The position numbers and the translations under genes were made by a program. The notes beneath the pieces were generated by a model that saw nothing but the letters and a program-made list of their open reading frames with translations, ran no database searches and was not told the origin of the DNA. 64,000 nt of DNA from the human T2T-CHM13v2.0 reference genome, Homo sapiens: assembly GCF_009914755.1 (NCBI RefSeq), contig NC_060926.1; one strand, written 5' to 3'. Within the stretch, counting starts at the first letter, position 1. Each line of letters starts with the position of its first letter. Of this stretch, positions 45,920 through 64,000 are shown piece after piece.

Positions 45920-46430
45920 TCACTTGTTAGCTGAGTATTGGATGCTTACCGTGCACCACTCTCTGCTCTGCATAATGGGAATACAACAGTAAACAAAACA
46001 ACAGAATCTTTCCCTGTGAAACTTATATTGTAGTGTAATATGTAAAAATGTTAGATGGTAGTAAATGATATGAAAAATACAACAGAAGGGAAGATACAAA
46101 ATTTGAGGGAGTTATTTGGAATGAAATGTAGGCACGAGGATTATTAAGTTGTTACAGGTTTTGAATCATACTCTGAGTTAAATGAGAAACAGTTGCCAAG
46201 TTTTAGGCAAAACAATTATTAGTACCTCTTTGGATGCTGTGTTGAGAATAGAGCAAAACAGAGCTGGGGTAGAAATGGTAAGAATTGTTAGATTACTATA
46301 GTAATCCAGACAATAGAATATGGTGCTTTGGACCAGTGTAGTAGCAGAGGGATGATGAGAAATGTTCAAATCAAGATGTGTTTTGAGTGTAAAGTCCATA
46401 GGATTTGCTGTAGGATATCCTATGGATTTC
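45920..46430 (-). mobile_element. L2 fragment
   Basis: tattggatgcttaccgtgcacc…atacaacagtaaacaaaaca…gtaatccagacaataga…ggatttgctg. Confidence 0.65.
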
Positions 46431-46723
46431 ACGGGGATACTTTACTCCAGAGAATTTAGTTATATTAGTACAAATAAGCAATTTGAAGTTTTAGAGATAA
46501 GCATCAAGGTCTATATTAATTTAACTTAGGGAACAAAAAGAAAAACTAGAATATGTGGAAATTTTATTTTGATCCTAAAATGAATGTCTTTTTATTTAAA
46601 AAAAAAAGCTAATGCTTTAATATAACATTTTGGACTTTGATTTTAAGGCTTGACCATAAATCATAAGAACTTAAGCAGAGCCACCTGTTGAATTAGTGAT
46701 ACTTGAATATTCTCACTATGTTA

Positions 46724-47373
46724 CTGTGTTTCTTCACTCATGAGACACTGATTTTTTTCTCATTTTAACACCGTTGAAATTTGATGTGTGTTGAAATCAA
46801 TAGTGTCTCCCAACAGCAATCAGCCAGTGAGGATAATTCCATTACTTATTTATGGGCAACCATCAAAATGCCAGATAAAAACTTGCAGAAAATGTAGCAG
46901 TGGCTTGTAGGAAAGCCCAGAAATAATTCTGGAGAGTTCTTTTAAATTCTTAGAAACTATGAGTAAAGAAATTGAATTAGACAGTATTTAGTAAAATTCC
47001 TGATGTGGTATTTAAAAGTAAGCTAGATCATCATAATTACAAAGTTGTCTTAAGAACCCATTACTAAAGTGTTCTTCTATATATGATTTTAGGAAATACT
47101 ATATTATCAATGTTTTTGAAGATGATATCAATTGCTGAATTGAAAAATTACTTAGAAAATTTGTAGTCTAATTATGTAAAATTTACAGGAACAACTCAAC
47201 CTGTTTCTTATTCTTGATAAAAATATACCCTTTAAAAAGCTCTTTTAGTATACACATATAAAATACAAATGTAAGTGACAGTAAGCATTGAATTTTAGTT
47301 TAATTGGAAGCATCTTTTTTAGAAGTAACACTGCATCCTAGAGTGAATGGTGCTTCAGAGTCAAGAAGTACAC
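46724..47373. mobile_element. TcMar-Tc2 (Kanga/MER104-like) DNA transposon
   Basis: TA on both flanks. The left end ctgtgtttcttcactcatgagac…ttttctcattttaacacc and the right end tgcatcctagagtgaatggtgcttcagagtcaagaagtacac resemble recalled MER104/Kanga termini. Confidence 0.5.
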
Positions 47374-47550
47374 TATGTGCTTTAAAGTAATCGGTTTTTT
47401 TTAATCAGAAGTGAGATCAAGTTAGCTTTAGAGACTGTTAATATCATAGGAAGTGCACTGAGTCATAATTAAGAGGTCTAGCTGTGACATTAACTTTCAG
47501 GGAAACATCACGTGACACCAAAATATTTTTTTTTTTTTTTTTTTTTTTTT

Positions 47551-47945
<395 letters not shown>

Positions 47946-48485
47946 TTTTTTTTTTTTTTTTTAAATTTATTTTTTTATTGATAATTCTTGGGTGTTTCTC
48001 ACAGAGGGGGATTTGGCAGGGTCATGGGACAATAGTGGAGGGAAGGTCAGCAGGTAAACAAGTGAACAAAGGTCTCTGGTTTTCCTAGGCAGAGGACCCT
48101 GCGGCCTTCCGCAGTGTTTGTGTCCCTGATTACTTGAGATTAGGGATTGGTGATGACTCTTAACGAGCATGCTGCCTTCAAGCATCTGTTTAACAAAGCA
48201 CATCTTGCACCGCCCTTAATCCATTTAACCCTGAGTGGACACAGCACATGTTTCAGAGAGCACAGGGTTGGGGGTAAGGTCACAGATCAACAGGATCCCA
48301 AGGCAGAGGAATTTTTCTTAGTGCAGAACAAAATGAAAAGTCTCCCATGTCTACTTCTTTCTACACAGACACGGCAACCATCCGATTTCTCAATCTTTTC
48401 CCCACCTTTCCCGCCTTTCTATTCCACAAAGCCGCCATTGTCATCCTGGCCCGTTCTCAATGAGCTGTTGGGCACACCTCCCAGA

Positions 48486-50650
48486 CGGGGTGGTGGCCGG
48501 GCAGAGGGGCTCCTCACTTCCCAGTAGGGGCGGCCGGGCAGAGGCGCCCCTCACCTCCCGGACGGGGCAGCTGGCCGGGCAGGGGGGCTGACCCCCCCAA
48601 CCTCCCTCCCGGACGGGGCGGCTGGCCGGGCGGGGGGCTGACCCCCCCACCTCCCTCCCGGACGGGGCGGCTGGCCGGGCGGGGGGCTGACCCCCCCACC
48701 TCCCTCCCGGACGGGGCGGCTGGCCGGGCAGAGGGGCTCCTCACTTCCCAGTAGGGGCGGCCGGGCAGAGGCGCCCCTCACCTCCCGGACGGGGCGGCTG
48801 GCCGGACGGGGGGCCGACCCCCCCACCTCCCTCCCAGACGGGGCGGCTGGCCGGGCGGGGGGCCGACCCCCCCACCTCCCTCCCGGACGGGGCGGCTGGC
48901 CGGGCAGAGGGGCTCCTCACTTCCCAGTAGGGGCAGCCGGGCAGAGGCGCCCCTCACCTCCCGGACAGGGCGGCTGGCTGGGCGGGGGGGCTGACCCCCC
49001 CCCCCACCTCCCTCCCGGACGGGGCGGCTGGCCGGGCGGGGGGCTGACCCCCCCACCTCCCTCCCGGACGGGGCGGCTGGCCGGGCAGAGGGGCTCCTCA
49101 CTTCCCAGTAGGGGCGGCCGAGCAGAGGCGCCCCTCACCTCCCGGACGGGGCGGCTGGCCGGGCAGGGGGGCCGACCCCCCCCCCACCTCCCTCCCGGAC
49201 AGGGCGGCTGGCCGGGCGGGGGGCCGACCCCCCCACCTCCCTCCCGGACGGGGCGGCTGGCCGGGCAGAGGGGCTCCTCACTTCCCAGTAGGGGCGGCCG
49301 GGCAGAGGCGCCCCTCACCTCCCGGACAGGGCTGCTGGCTGGGCGGGGGGGCTGACCCCCCCCAACCTCCCTCCCAGACGGGGCGGCTGGCCGGGCGGGG
49401 GGCTGACCCCCCCACCTCCCTCCCGGACGGGGCGGCTGGCCGGGCAGAGGGGCTCCTCACTTCCCAGTAGGGGCGGCCGGGCAGAGGCGCCCCTCACCTC
49501 CCGGACGGGGCGGCTGGCCGGGCAGGGGGGCCGACCCCCCCACCTCCCTCCCGGACGGGGCGGCTGGCCGGGCAGAGGGGCTCCTCACTTCCCAGTAGGG
49601 GCGGCCGGGCAGAGGCGCCCCTCACCTCCCAGACGGGGCGGCTGGCCGGGCGGAGGGCTGACCCCCCCACCTCCCTCCCCGACAGGGCGGCTGGCCGGGC
49701 GGGGGGCTGACCCCCCCACCTCCCTCCCGGACGGGGCGGCTGGCCGGGCAGAGGGGCTCCTCACTTCCCAGTAGGGGCGGCTGGGCAGAGGCGCCCCTCA
49801 CCTCCCAGACGGGGCGGCTGGCCGGGCGGAGGGCTGACCCCCCCACCTCCCTCCCGGACGGGGCGGCTGGCCAGGCGGGGGGCTGACCCCCCTACCTCCC
49901 TACCGGACGGGGCGGCTGGCCGGGTGGGGGGGCTGACCCCCCCATCTCCCTCCCGGACGGGGTGGCTGGCTGGGCTGAGGGGCTCCTCACTTCCCAGTAG
50001 GGGCGGCCGGGCAGAGGCGCCCCTCACCTCCCGGACGGGGCGGCTGGCCGGGCGGGGGGCTGACCCCCCACCTCCCTCCCGGATGGCACGGCTGGCCGGG
50101 CGGGGGGGCTGACCCCCACCTCCCTCCCGGATGGGGCGGCTGGCCGGGCGGGGGCTGACCCCCCCCCCACCTCCCTCCCGGACGGGGTGGCTGCCGGGCG
50201 GAGACGCTCCTCACTTCCCAGATGGGGTGGCTGCCGGGCGGAGAGGCTCCTCACTTCTCAGACGGGGCAGCTGCCGGGCGGAGGGGCTCCTCACTTCTCA
50301 GACGGGGTGGTTGCCAGGCAGAGGGTCTCCTCACTTCTCAGACGGGGCGGCCGGGCAGAGACGCTCCTCACCTCCCAGACGGGGTCTCGGCCGGGCAGAG
50401 GCGCTCCTCACATCCCAGATGGGGCGGCGGGGCAGAGGCGCTCCCCACATCTCAGACGATGGGCGGCCGGGCAGAGACGCTCCTCACTTCCTAGATGTGA
50501 TGGCGGCTGGGAAGAGGCGCTCCTCACTTCCTAGATGGGATGGCGGCCGGGCGGAGACGCTCCTCACTTTCCAGACTGGGCAGCCAGGCAGAGGGGCTCC
50601 TCACATCCCAGACGATGGGCGGCCAGGCAGAGACACTCCTCACTTCCCAG
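48486..50650 (-). repeat. SVA VNTR (~2.1 kb of GC-rich units, roughly 35-50 bp each)
   Basis: Tandem units such as cctccctcccggacggggcggctggccgggcggggggctgacccccc and gcagaggggctcctcacttcccagtaggggcggccgg. Confidence 0.95.
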
Positions 50651-50710
50651 ACGGGGTGGCAGCCGGGCAGAGGCTGCAATCTCGGCACTTTGGGAGGCCA
50701 AGGCAGGCGG

Positions 50711-50774
50711 CTGCTCCTTGCCCTCGGGCCCCGCGGGGCCCGTCTGCTCCTCCAGCCGCTGCCTCCCGGGCGGC
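50711..50774 (-). other. MAST2: MAST2 exon 1 3'-terminal fragment (64 bp) spliced to the SVA Alu-like acceptor
   Basis: The minus strand translates as PPGRQRLEEQTGPAGPEGKEQ, matching the recalled MAST2 N-terminal PPGRQRLEERTGPAGPEGKEQ. It joins the SVA at CCGCCTGCCTTGGCC. Confidence 0.9.
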
Positions 50775-51179
50775 CGACACCAAAATATTTATTTTACTGG
50801 TCTCTAATGCAAAAATGAAAACAATTGATTAGGAAATACATTATCTGGTAGAAATCATTCTGTAAATTCACTTCGTGTTCCAAACATGTTTGTGGATTTT
50901 TTGCATGGCTTCTTATATACAAAATAGTAATCTGCATGGCACATAACGTTTAGTAATCATTTTACCAGGGATATGGCAATGAAGTTCAAAATAGCAACTT
51001 TTGAATTAACTATCTAGAAAAGCTCAAATATATAGCATCACCCCTTAAGTCAGTGAAGCTATCTTTTCAGGAACCAGAGATAGTATAACTGTTTTGGAAA
51101 ATACAAAAACAGATAAATAAGTCCATCTGTTTCTTTGATAATAGAAAAATAAGTACAATTAAGTGGAAACTGTGAGCCA

Positions 51180-51452
51180 AGTGTCTTTTTTCTGACCACC
51201 ACATATTAAGTAACATCCTAGTCACTCTCTGTCACCTGCTTCTGCCAATGACCTACTCCTGTGGTCATAGCATGCATTATATTAACATTTTAAATTATCT
51301 CTTTACTTTGTATGGTCATTCTGTCTCTCAAGAGCATAATATCTGTAAGAACAAAAACTGGTCAGGTTTCTTTACTGCTATATGTTTGGCTCTTAGGAAG
51401 TGCCTGAGATACAAGAAGTTTCCAATGAATATTTGTGGTATGAATGAAAAAA
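51180..51452 (+). mobile_element. L2 3' end
   Basis: …tttactgctatatg…ttaggaagtgcctgagatacaagaag…caatgaatatttgtggtatgaatgaa. Confidence 0.6.
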
Positions 51453-52684
51453 TGTGGTGTTTGCAAAGAGCTTTGAGTAAAAAATCTAAGTACAATATAA
51501 ATGTAAGAATGTTGTTAAGAATGAGAAAGGGAAGGCATGAATCTTAGCCTATATTTTCAAAGGCACACAGTATATATGCAAGTATATAAGTGGCTTTGTT
51601 CCCACATCAGGATATATGTACTGGTATATATACTGTATACATACATATACAGTATATATGTACTGGTATATATCAGTATATATGTACATATATACATATA
51701 TACACATAAATATATATACAGAAATATATATATATGGAGAGAGAGAGAGAGTATATATACTGATGTGGGAACAATCCCACTTATCTGTGGTGTCCAAGGA
51801 GAGAGGTGTTTTCAATCTAAAGGATAAGGCAGGGGCTAAGAAAATCAAATTTGATCTTTCTCTTATTTTCTGGTTTCTCTTGTTTTTCATTGCACCCTGA
51901 CATATTTTAAGATAAATTTTGATGTCATATATTCTATGACATGGAACAATTTGGTGATGGCTTTAGGAAGAATTTTGAGAGTAATTTTTATATCATACTT
52001 ACTGAAACTTAAATTACTCTGCTGTCTTTTGAATTGTTATAGTTATATATTTCTATTATAAAATCACAAAAAGAGAGTTTTTTATACTGCTTTGAGGTTT
52101 CTCCCATTGCTTAAATTTAGAATACAGGTTTTAGTTATGAGTAAAATTATTTATTTATTTTCTAAACACTTTAATTTGAAGAATTTTCTATTTAACCTTT
52201 AGATTTAGAGCTCTTCATCAACCATCTGTGAAATATTTATTAATAATTTTATGTGCCTTTGTGTTTGTAGTCATGCTTGACCTTAAGAAAAACACTTTTG
52301 CAAATAGTAGTGAGTGAATAAATAGTATATGCACACTGACATTTAGATAAACTCATCTTTGAAGGACTTTTTTTTGGCAATAACTACTGGGTAAGTGTAC
52401 TTCACTTCTGGATATATAACTAAGCACAGTTACAGAACTGATCAAATTTTTAGTTGTTAAATAGCTATTTTTAATATATTTCTCTCATTTTTAATGCAGA
52501 GAGGGCATTAAAAATGCCCGTCAGTTAATATTTAGAATTTTCCAAATTTAATCTCATCTCAAGCTCTAAGATTACTTCCACTGAGATAAATAGTAATACA
52601 CTAAGCATGTTCTACAATAATTTAAAAAAAGATGAATGTTCCCTTTCTTGTCTCTTTCTCTAAGTGTAAATTATTCAGGCCATA

Positions 52685-52940
52685 ATAATATTACTAAGAA
52701 TTAACACTTTTGTGTCCTAATTACATGTCTCTAAACACTAAATATGTAATCACATGTAACTCCAGCACTACATACTCTATTTATATCACTTCATTTAATC
52801 TCAAACAATCCTATGAGGAAGCTAATATTTTAGAATCTAGGAAAAACCATATGGAGAGGTTAAGAAACATTCCCCAGATTAAGAAACTTTAAATTCAGAT
52901 CTTTCCAACTCTACTCCCAAATCTTAACCATGACGCTATA
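52685..52940 (-). mobile_element. MIR fragment
   Basis: tcatttaatctcaaacaatcctatgagg…ggagaggttaagaaacattcccca…tcttaaccatgacgcta. Confidence 0.6.
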
Positions 52941-53549
52941 AAGAAGTAGCATGCAATAACAAGATAAAACTTTATAAATTATAGAATAATTTTGTTATAG
53001 TGGAAATGTCAATGGCTGATTAAAATGTATTTCTATTGTTATTCCTAACAGTCCTGTCTTAGAAAATCTGACTTGAGAGGATTGAACCTGATCCATATTT
53101 GAGAAAATACTGAGGTATATCTGCTACCATGCTAAACAGATCTGTAAATTGAATGAGGTGATCTCCATTATATCTTTCATTATATGTTTGTTTAATTCTA
53201 AGTAAAATAACACACTATGTCATTAACATAATATAATTTGGCTCAAATACATTAGCATAGATGATTCCTTTGACCCACACAGGCATTTTTAAATTATTAG
53301 TCATCTTGTAACTAGTCATACTAAACATGTTTGAATATACAATTCATTCAAATTAAGCTACAGAACATCTTCATAGTCTTACCTACAGATAACATTTACA
53401 TGTAATAAATATTAAATATATATTTTTAATAAATGGACAACAGTATTAAGAACAGAAAAGCCGTTGTTCACAAAAAGACATAAGGCATACCTAGTTATGA
53501 AATATTTACTTGTTTGCCCTGCAGTTGTCTTAAAATGAATTTGTAATGT

Positions 53550-53993
53550 GTGATAGGCTGAAAAAATAGCCCCTCAAAGATGTCCATGTCCTAATCCCAA
53601 TCCCTAGAACCTGTGAATGTGTTACCCTACATGAAAAAAGGAACTTTACAGATGTGATTATGTCAAGGATCTTGAGGTATGGAGATTACATTGAATCGTA
53701 AGAGAGAGGAGGCAGAAAGAACGAAGTCAGTAAAAGGAGATGTGATAATGGAATCAAGGGTTGGAATGATGCACTTTGAAGACACAAGAAGAGGCCAGAA
53801 ATCAAAGAATGCAGTCAACCTGTAAGTACAGGAAGAGGAAATGGGATTCTCCCCTGAAGCTTCCAGAGGAAACATAGCTTTGCCAACACCTTAGTTTTAG
53901 ACTTCTGACTTCCAGAATGTTGAGAATAAATTCATGTCATTCTACATCACTAAATTTGAGATAAATTCTTGTAGCAGTATTAGAAAACTAGTA
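53550..53993 (+). mobile_element. MLT1C/D MaLR solo LTR
   Basis: tgtgataggctgaaaaaatagcccctcaaagatgtccatgtcctaatccc…ttttagacttctgacttccagaa…gaataaatt…gcagtattagaaaactagtaa. Confidence 0.85.
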
Positions 53994-54679
53994 ACTTATG
54001 GTTGTTAAATAGGACTTCTCAGAGTTGCACCTCTGGCCAAGATTTGCCATCACACCAGAAATAATCAAACCAAATAAAGCAAAACAAAAATGAGCAAACA
54101 AAAATACATGAAAAACAGTTTTCAAAGTACTGGACATCAAATAATGAAAGACAGTCATTTCTTCCAGGCAAATGAAATGAATAAACATATTAATTGAGCC
54201 CTGTAATTTTCCTAGTTTGCTGTCTTCAGAGAAATTTCAGGCCATGGCACAGAAAGGAGGAAACTTGGTATAACATGGAGAACTCACTGAATTGTGGAGA
54301 CAGAGCTAAGAATCTGAAAAGAACGTAACAGCAAGATTTCACAGAACAGAGTGTCTGAAAAGTGAGAATAGCTTCCCAGACATAGAGCTGTGGGAGAGCT
54401 GGAAAGAGGAAACTGCCTGAGGCTGGGGAAATGCCAACCATTAATTAGAAAGAATAGGGCTTGGAACACACACAGCTGGGAACTGTGTCCAACTCTTCCA
54501 GACACACTGGATAAACTCATAATACATGCGATAGAGAACTCAGAAAGTTTATCTTGGTAGTTGGGAATATATACCTATGAACTGAGCACTGCTCTAGGCA
54601 CAACTAACAAATTTTAAGAGCAATACCTAAGAGGACCAAAGTTCTTTGCAGGTAACTTCTCTGAGTCCCCAAAGCTCAA

Positions 54680-56065
<1,386 letters not shown>

Positions 56066-56571
56066 GATAACTGGCCAATTAAATCAAAATAGAAATAGAT
56101 TTTAAAGTTTATAACATATATTTATAACATATGTATTTGTATATACATGTACATATATGTACATATATTTATAACATATGTATAGATACAATAGATGCCA
56201 ACAGGGCAAATGGAAATATACAATTTAAAGTTTATTATTCTATAGGTGAAACTGATAACATCAGTTGAAGACAGACTGTGATAAGTTATAGATATGAGCT
56301 ATAAATCCTAAAGTAACTATAAAATAACGAAACAAAAAATTATAGCCAATAAATTACCAAAGGGGATAAAGCAGAATCTTAAAAACAATTATTTCCCAAA
56401 AAGTGAGAAATGGAAAAATACAGGATAAAGAACACAAGGGACAAAGTGAAAAGTGAAAGCATCAAGATAATAGACTTGAACATAACCATGTCAATTTTAC
56501 ATTAATTGTAAATAGTCTAAATGCTCTTTCAAGACACTGTTAAGCAAATTAATTTTTTTCACTTGTAAAAT

Positions 56572-59438
56572 GTATTTTAATTTAATTTAATTTTTCAAGT
56601 TCCAGGGTATATGTGCAGGATGTGTAGGTTTGTTATGTAGGAAAATGTGTGCCATAGTGGTTTGCTGCACCTATCAACCCATCACCTAGGTATTAAGCCC
56701 CACATGAATTAGCTATTTTTCCTGATGTTCTCCCTCTCCACACATCCTCCTAACAGGCCCCGGTGTGTGTTGTTCCCCTCCCTGTGTCCATGTGTTCTCA
56801 ACGTTCAACTTGACAACATGCAATATTTGGTTTCCTGTTCCTGTGTTAGTTTGCTGAGGATGATGGCTTCCGGCTTCACCCATGTCCCTGCAACAAACAT
56901 GATCTCGTTCCTTTTTATGGCTGCATAGAATTCCATGGTGTATATGTGCCACATTTTCTTTATCCAGTCTATAATTGATGGGCATTTGGGTTGATTCCAT
57001 GTCTTTGCCATTGCGAATAGGGGGATGAACATACACATGCATGTATCTTTATAATAGAATAATTTATATTCCTTTGGGTATATACTCAGTAATGGGATTG
57101 CTGGGTCAACAGTATTTCTGCCTCCAGATCTTTGAGAAATTGCTGCACTGTCTTCAACAATGGTTGAACTAATTTACATTCCCACCAACAGTTTAAAAGG
57201 GTTCTTATTTCTCCACAACTTTGCCAGCATCTGTTGTTTCTTGACTTTTTAATAATCGCCATTCTGACTGAAGTGAGACCATATCTCATTGTGATTTTGA
57301 TTTGCATTCCTCTAATGATAAGTGATGTTGAGCTTTTTTTCATATGTTTGTTGACTGCATGAATGTCTACTTTTGAGAAGTTTCTGTTCATGTCCTTTGT
57401 CCATTTTTTAATGTTTTTTTTTCCTTGTAAATTTGTTTATGTTCCTTGTAGACTCTGGATTTTAGATCTTTGTCAGGTGGATACATTGCAAAAATTTTCT
57501 TTCGTTCTATAGGTTGCCTGTTCACTCTGATGATAATTCATTCTGCTGTGCAGAAGCTGGTTAATTAGATCCCATTTGTCAATTTTTGCTTTAGTTGCAG
57601 TTGCAATTGCTTTGGACATTTTTGTCGTGAAATCTTTGCCTGTACCTATGTCTTGAATGGTATTGCCTATATTTTCTTCTATGGTTTTTATAGTTTTGGG
57701 TTTTATATTTAAGTATTTAATCCATCTAGAGTTAATTTTTGCACAAGATGGAAGGAAGGGGTCCAGTTTCAATTTTCTGCACATGGCTAGCCAGTTCACC
57801 CAGCAACATTTATTAAGCAGGGAATCCTTTCCACATTGCTTGTTTTAGTATGGTTTGTCAAAGATCAGATAGCTGTAGATGTGTGGTGTTATTTCTGAGT
57901 TGTCTATTGTTTTCCATTCGTCAATGTGTCTGTTTCTGTACCAGTATCATGCTGTTTTGATTACTGCAGTCTTGCAGTATACTTTGAAGTCAGGTAGTGC
58001 GATGCCAAAGCTTTGTTCTTTTTACTTAGGATTGTCTTGGTTATGTGGGTTCTTTTTTTGGTTCCATATGAATTTTAAGTAGTTTTTTTTTAATCTGAGA
58101 AGAATGTCAATGGTATTTAGTGGGAATAGCATTTAATATGTAAATTACTTTAGGCAGTATGGCCATTTTCACGATTTGATTCTTCCTATCCATGAGCATG
58201 GAATGTTTTCTATTTGTTCGTGTCCTCTCTGATTTCCTTGAGGAGTTGTTTGTAGTTCTCCTTGAAGAGGTCCTTCACTTCCCTTGTTAGCTGTATTCCT
58301 AGATATTTTATTCTGTTTGTAGCAATTGTGAATGTGAGTTCATTCATGATTTGGCTCTCTGTTTGTCTGTCTGTTGTTGATATATAGGAATGCTAGTGAT
58401 TTTTGCACATTGATTTTGTATCCTGAGACTTTGCTAAAGTTGCTTATCAGCTTAAGAAGCTTTTGGGCTGAGACAAAGGGGTTTTCTAGATATGGGATCG
58501 TGTCATCTGCAAACAAAGGCAATATGACTTGCTCTCTTCCTATTTTAATACCCTTTATTTTTTTTCTCTTGCCTGATTGCCCTGGCCAGAACTTCCAATA
58601 CTATGTTGCATAGGAGTAGTGAGGGAGAACATCCTTGATTTGTGCCAGTTTTCAAGGGGAATGCTTCCATTCAGTGTGATATTGGCTGTGGGTTTGTCAT
58701 ACATGGCTCTTATTATTTTGAGGTATGTTCCTTCAACACCTAGTTTATTAAGAGTTTTTAATATGAAGGGATGTTGAATTTTATCAAAAGCCTTTACTGC
58801 ATCTATTGAGATAATCTTGTGGTTTTCATCTTTAGTTCTGCTTATGTGATGAATCACATTTATTGATTTGTGTATATTGAACCAATATAGCATCTCTGGG
58901 AGGAAGCCAACTTGATCATGGTAGGTAAGCTTTTGGATATGCTGCTGGATTCGGTTTGCCTGTGTTTTATTAAGGATTTTTGCATCGATGTTCATCAGAG
59001 ATATGGGCCTGAAATTTTGGTGTATTTTTTGTTGTTGTATCTCTTCTAGGTTTTGGTATCCGGATAATGCTGGCTTCATAAAATCATTTAGGGAGGTGTC
59101 CCTCCTTTTCAACTGTTTGGAAGAGTTTCAGAAGAAATAGTACCAGCTCCTCTTTGTACCTCTGATAAAATTGAGCTGTAAATCCGTCTGGTCCTGGGCT
59201 TTTTTTTGCTTGTAGACTATTTATTACTGCCTCAATTTCAAAACTCATTATTGATCTATTCAGAGATTCAACTTCTACCTGGTTCAGTCTTGGGACAGTG
59301 CATGTGTCCAGGAATTTATCCATTTCTTCTAGATTGTCTAGTTTATTTGCATAGAGGTGTTTATTGTATTCTCTGATGATTGTTTGTATTTCTGTGGGGT
59401 CAGTGGTGATACACCCTTTATCATTTGATTGATTGTGT
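56572..59438 (-). mobile_element. 5'-truncated L1PA7/8-like LINE-1
   Basis: Minus-strand ORF2 fragments (59084-59323, 58555-59112, 58340-58522 with FADD, 57473-57799, 56805-57038), plus 3'UTR and tail. Confidence 0.92.
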
Positions 59439-59457
59439 CCAGCATTTTTTTAAATGA

Positions 59458-59796
<339 letters not shown>

Positions 59797-59799
59797 TGT

Positions 59800-63200
<3,401 letters not shown>

Positions 63201-63203
63201 CTT

Positions 63204-63698
63204 GTAATGGTTAATTTTATGTGTCAATTTTGAGGTGTTTTTGGATAAGATTAACATTTAAATTTGTGAACTCTGAATAGGGGATACTGCCTCCCATAAT
63301 GTCATTGGGCATCATCTAATCATTTGAAGACCTAAATACGGCACAAAGATAAGTCTTGCTGATCAAGAAGGAATTCTTTAGCCTACTGCCTTCAGACTTC
63401 ATTTGCACCATTGGCTCTCCTGGGTCTCCAGACTTCTAGCCCACACTATAGATTTTGGATGTGCCAATCTCCATAATCTTGCAAGCTAATTATTTCTAAT
63501 AAATCAGACAGATAGATAGATAGATATAATTAATAGGAAGAAAGAAGATAGATACATAGATAGATGATTCATAGGAAGAAAGTAGATACATAGATAGGTA
63601 AATAGATAGATAGATAGGTAGATAGATAGATAGATAGATGATGTGAAATATGCATGCATCTTCTGGGTTCAGTTTCTCTGGACAACCCTAACTAATAT
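63204..63698 (+). mobile_element. MLT2D-like ERVL solo LTR containing a (TAGA)n microsatellite
   Basis: tgtaatggttaattttatgtgtcaa…ttggataagattaacattta…tctgggttcagtttctctggacaaccctaactaata. Confidence 0.85.
63506..63640 (+). repeat. (TAGA)n-type tetranucleotide microsatellite
   Basis: Interrupted gata/taga runs. Confidence 0.85.
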
Positions 63699-64000
63699 AT
63701 AACTCATATCCAGGAAATAGTATAGAACAAATTCTTTAGAAACAATAGGTTCATTCTTTAAGAAAATTCTTGTAAAGTCAAAAGATTTCATTCCAAGCTA
63801 ACTTCAGAGTGTGCACTTCAGAGATTACCAAAAATATTGTTGATTTTTCCTTATGAATCTTGAATATTTCTACTACTACAAAAATCAAGTTTGGAATTTA
63901 TTCTTCTGATCCCATCAATTGAACCACCCCAACCTCCTCCTTCCTAAAGTTTCTAAGTCATTTTCCTCCATTAAATCTATTTCTAAGCAGTTATTTCAGT

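Noticed and set aside
48486-50650. Regular repeat array superficially like a CRISPR array
   Set aside because: The units are contiguous with no unique spacers and no cas genes nearby; this is the SVA VNTR.
48441-50832. Many overlapping Pro/Gly/Arg-rich ORFs, including a 233-aa plus-strand ORF
   Set aside because: These are stop-poor frames produced by the GC-rich SVA VNTR, not genes.
51537-51900. Tyr/Ile-rich ORFs on both strands
   Set aside because: They are translations of TA-rich low-complexity sequence.

Overview
This is AT-rich, repeat-dense primate genomic DNA. It is almost certainly human, because it contains an SVA_F1 element, a human-specific subfamily. I find no host protein-coding gene, RNA gene or CRISPR array. 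Nearly all ORFs in the track are L1 ORF1/ORF2 remnants, a Tigger1 transposase remnant, or spurious frames over Alu and SVA-VNTR sequence. The clearest landmark is a composite SVA_F1 insertion (47514-50790, minus strand). It carries a spliced-in piece of MAST2 exon 1 at its 5' end and a 3' transduction containing a whole AluS plus unique sequence, and it is bounded by a 15-bp TSD. The second landmark is a full-length L1PA3-type element (31334-37380, minus strand) with an intact ORF1, a broken ORF2, a truncated ORF0 and a 14-bp TSD, nested in an older L1. The window also has a complete piggyBac MER75 inside an old L1 5'UTR, a near full-length Tigger1, and many Alus, MaLR/ERVL LTRs, L2/MIR and old L1M fragments. 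Less expected observations are a ~300-bp GC/CpG-rich foreign insert in an L1MC with no poly(A), two neighbouring AluJ copies sharing private variants, a 24-nt poly(A)-tailed micro-insertion with a TSD, several templated or inverted insertions, and a 32-bp inverted repeat around a TA-rich spacer. I do not see a convincing new biological system: the most striking element belongs to a known class. Subfamily names come from recalled consensus sequences and need RepeatMasker/Dfam confirmation.
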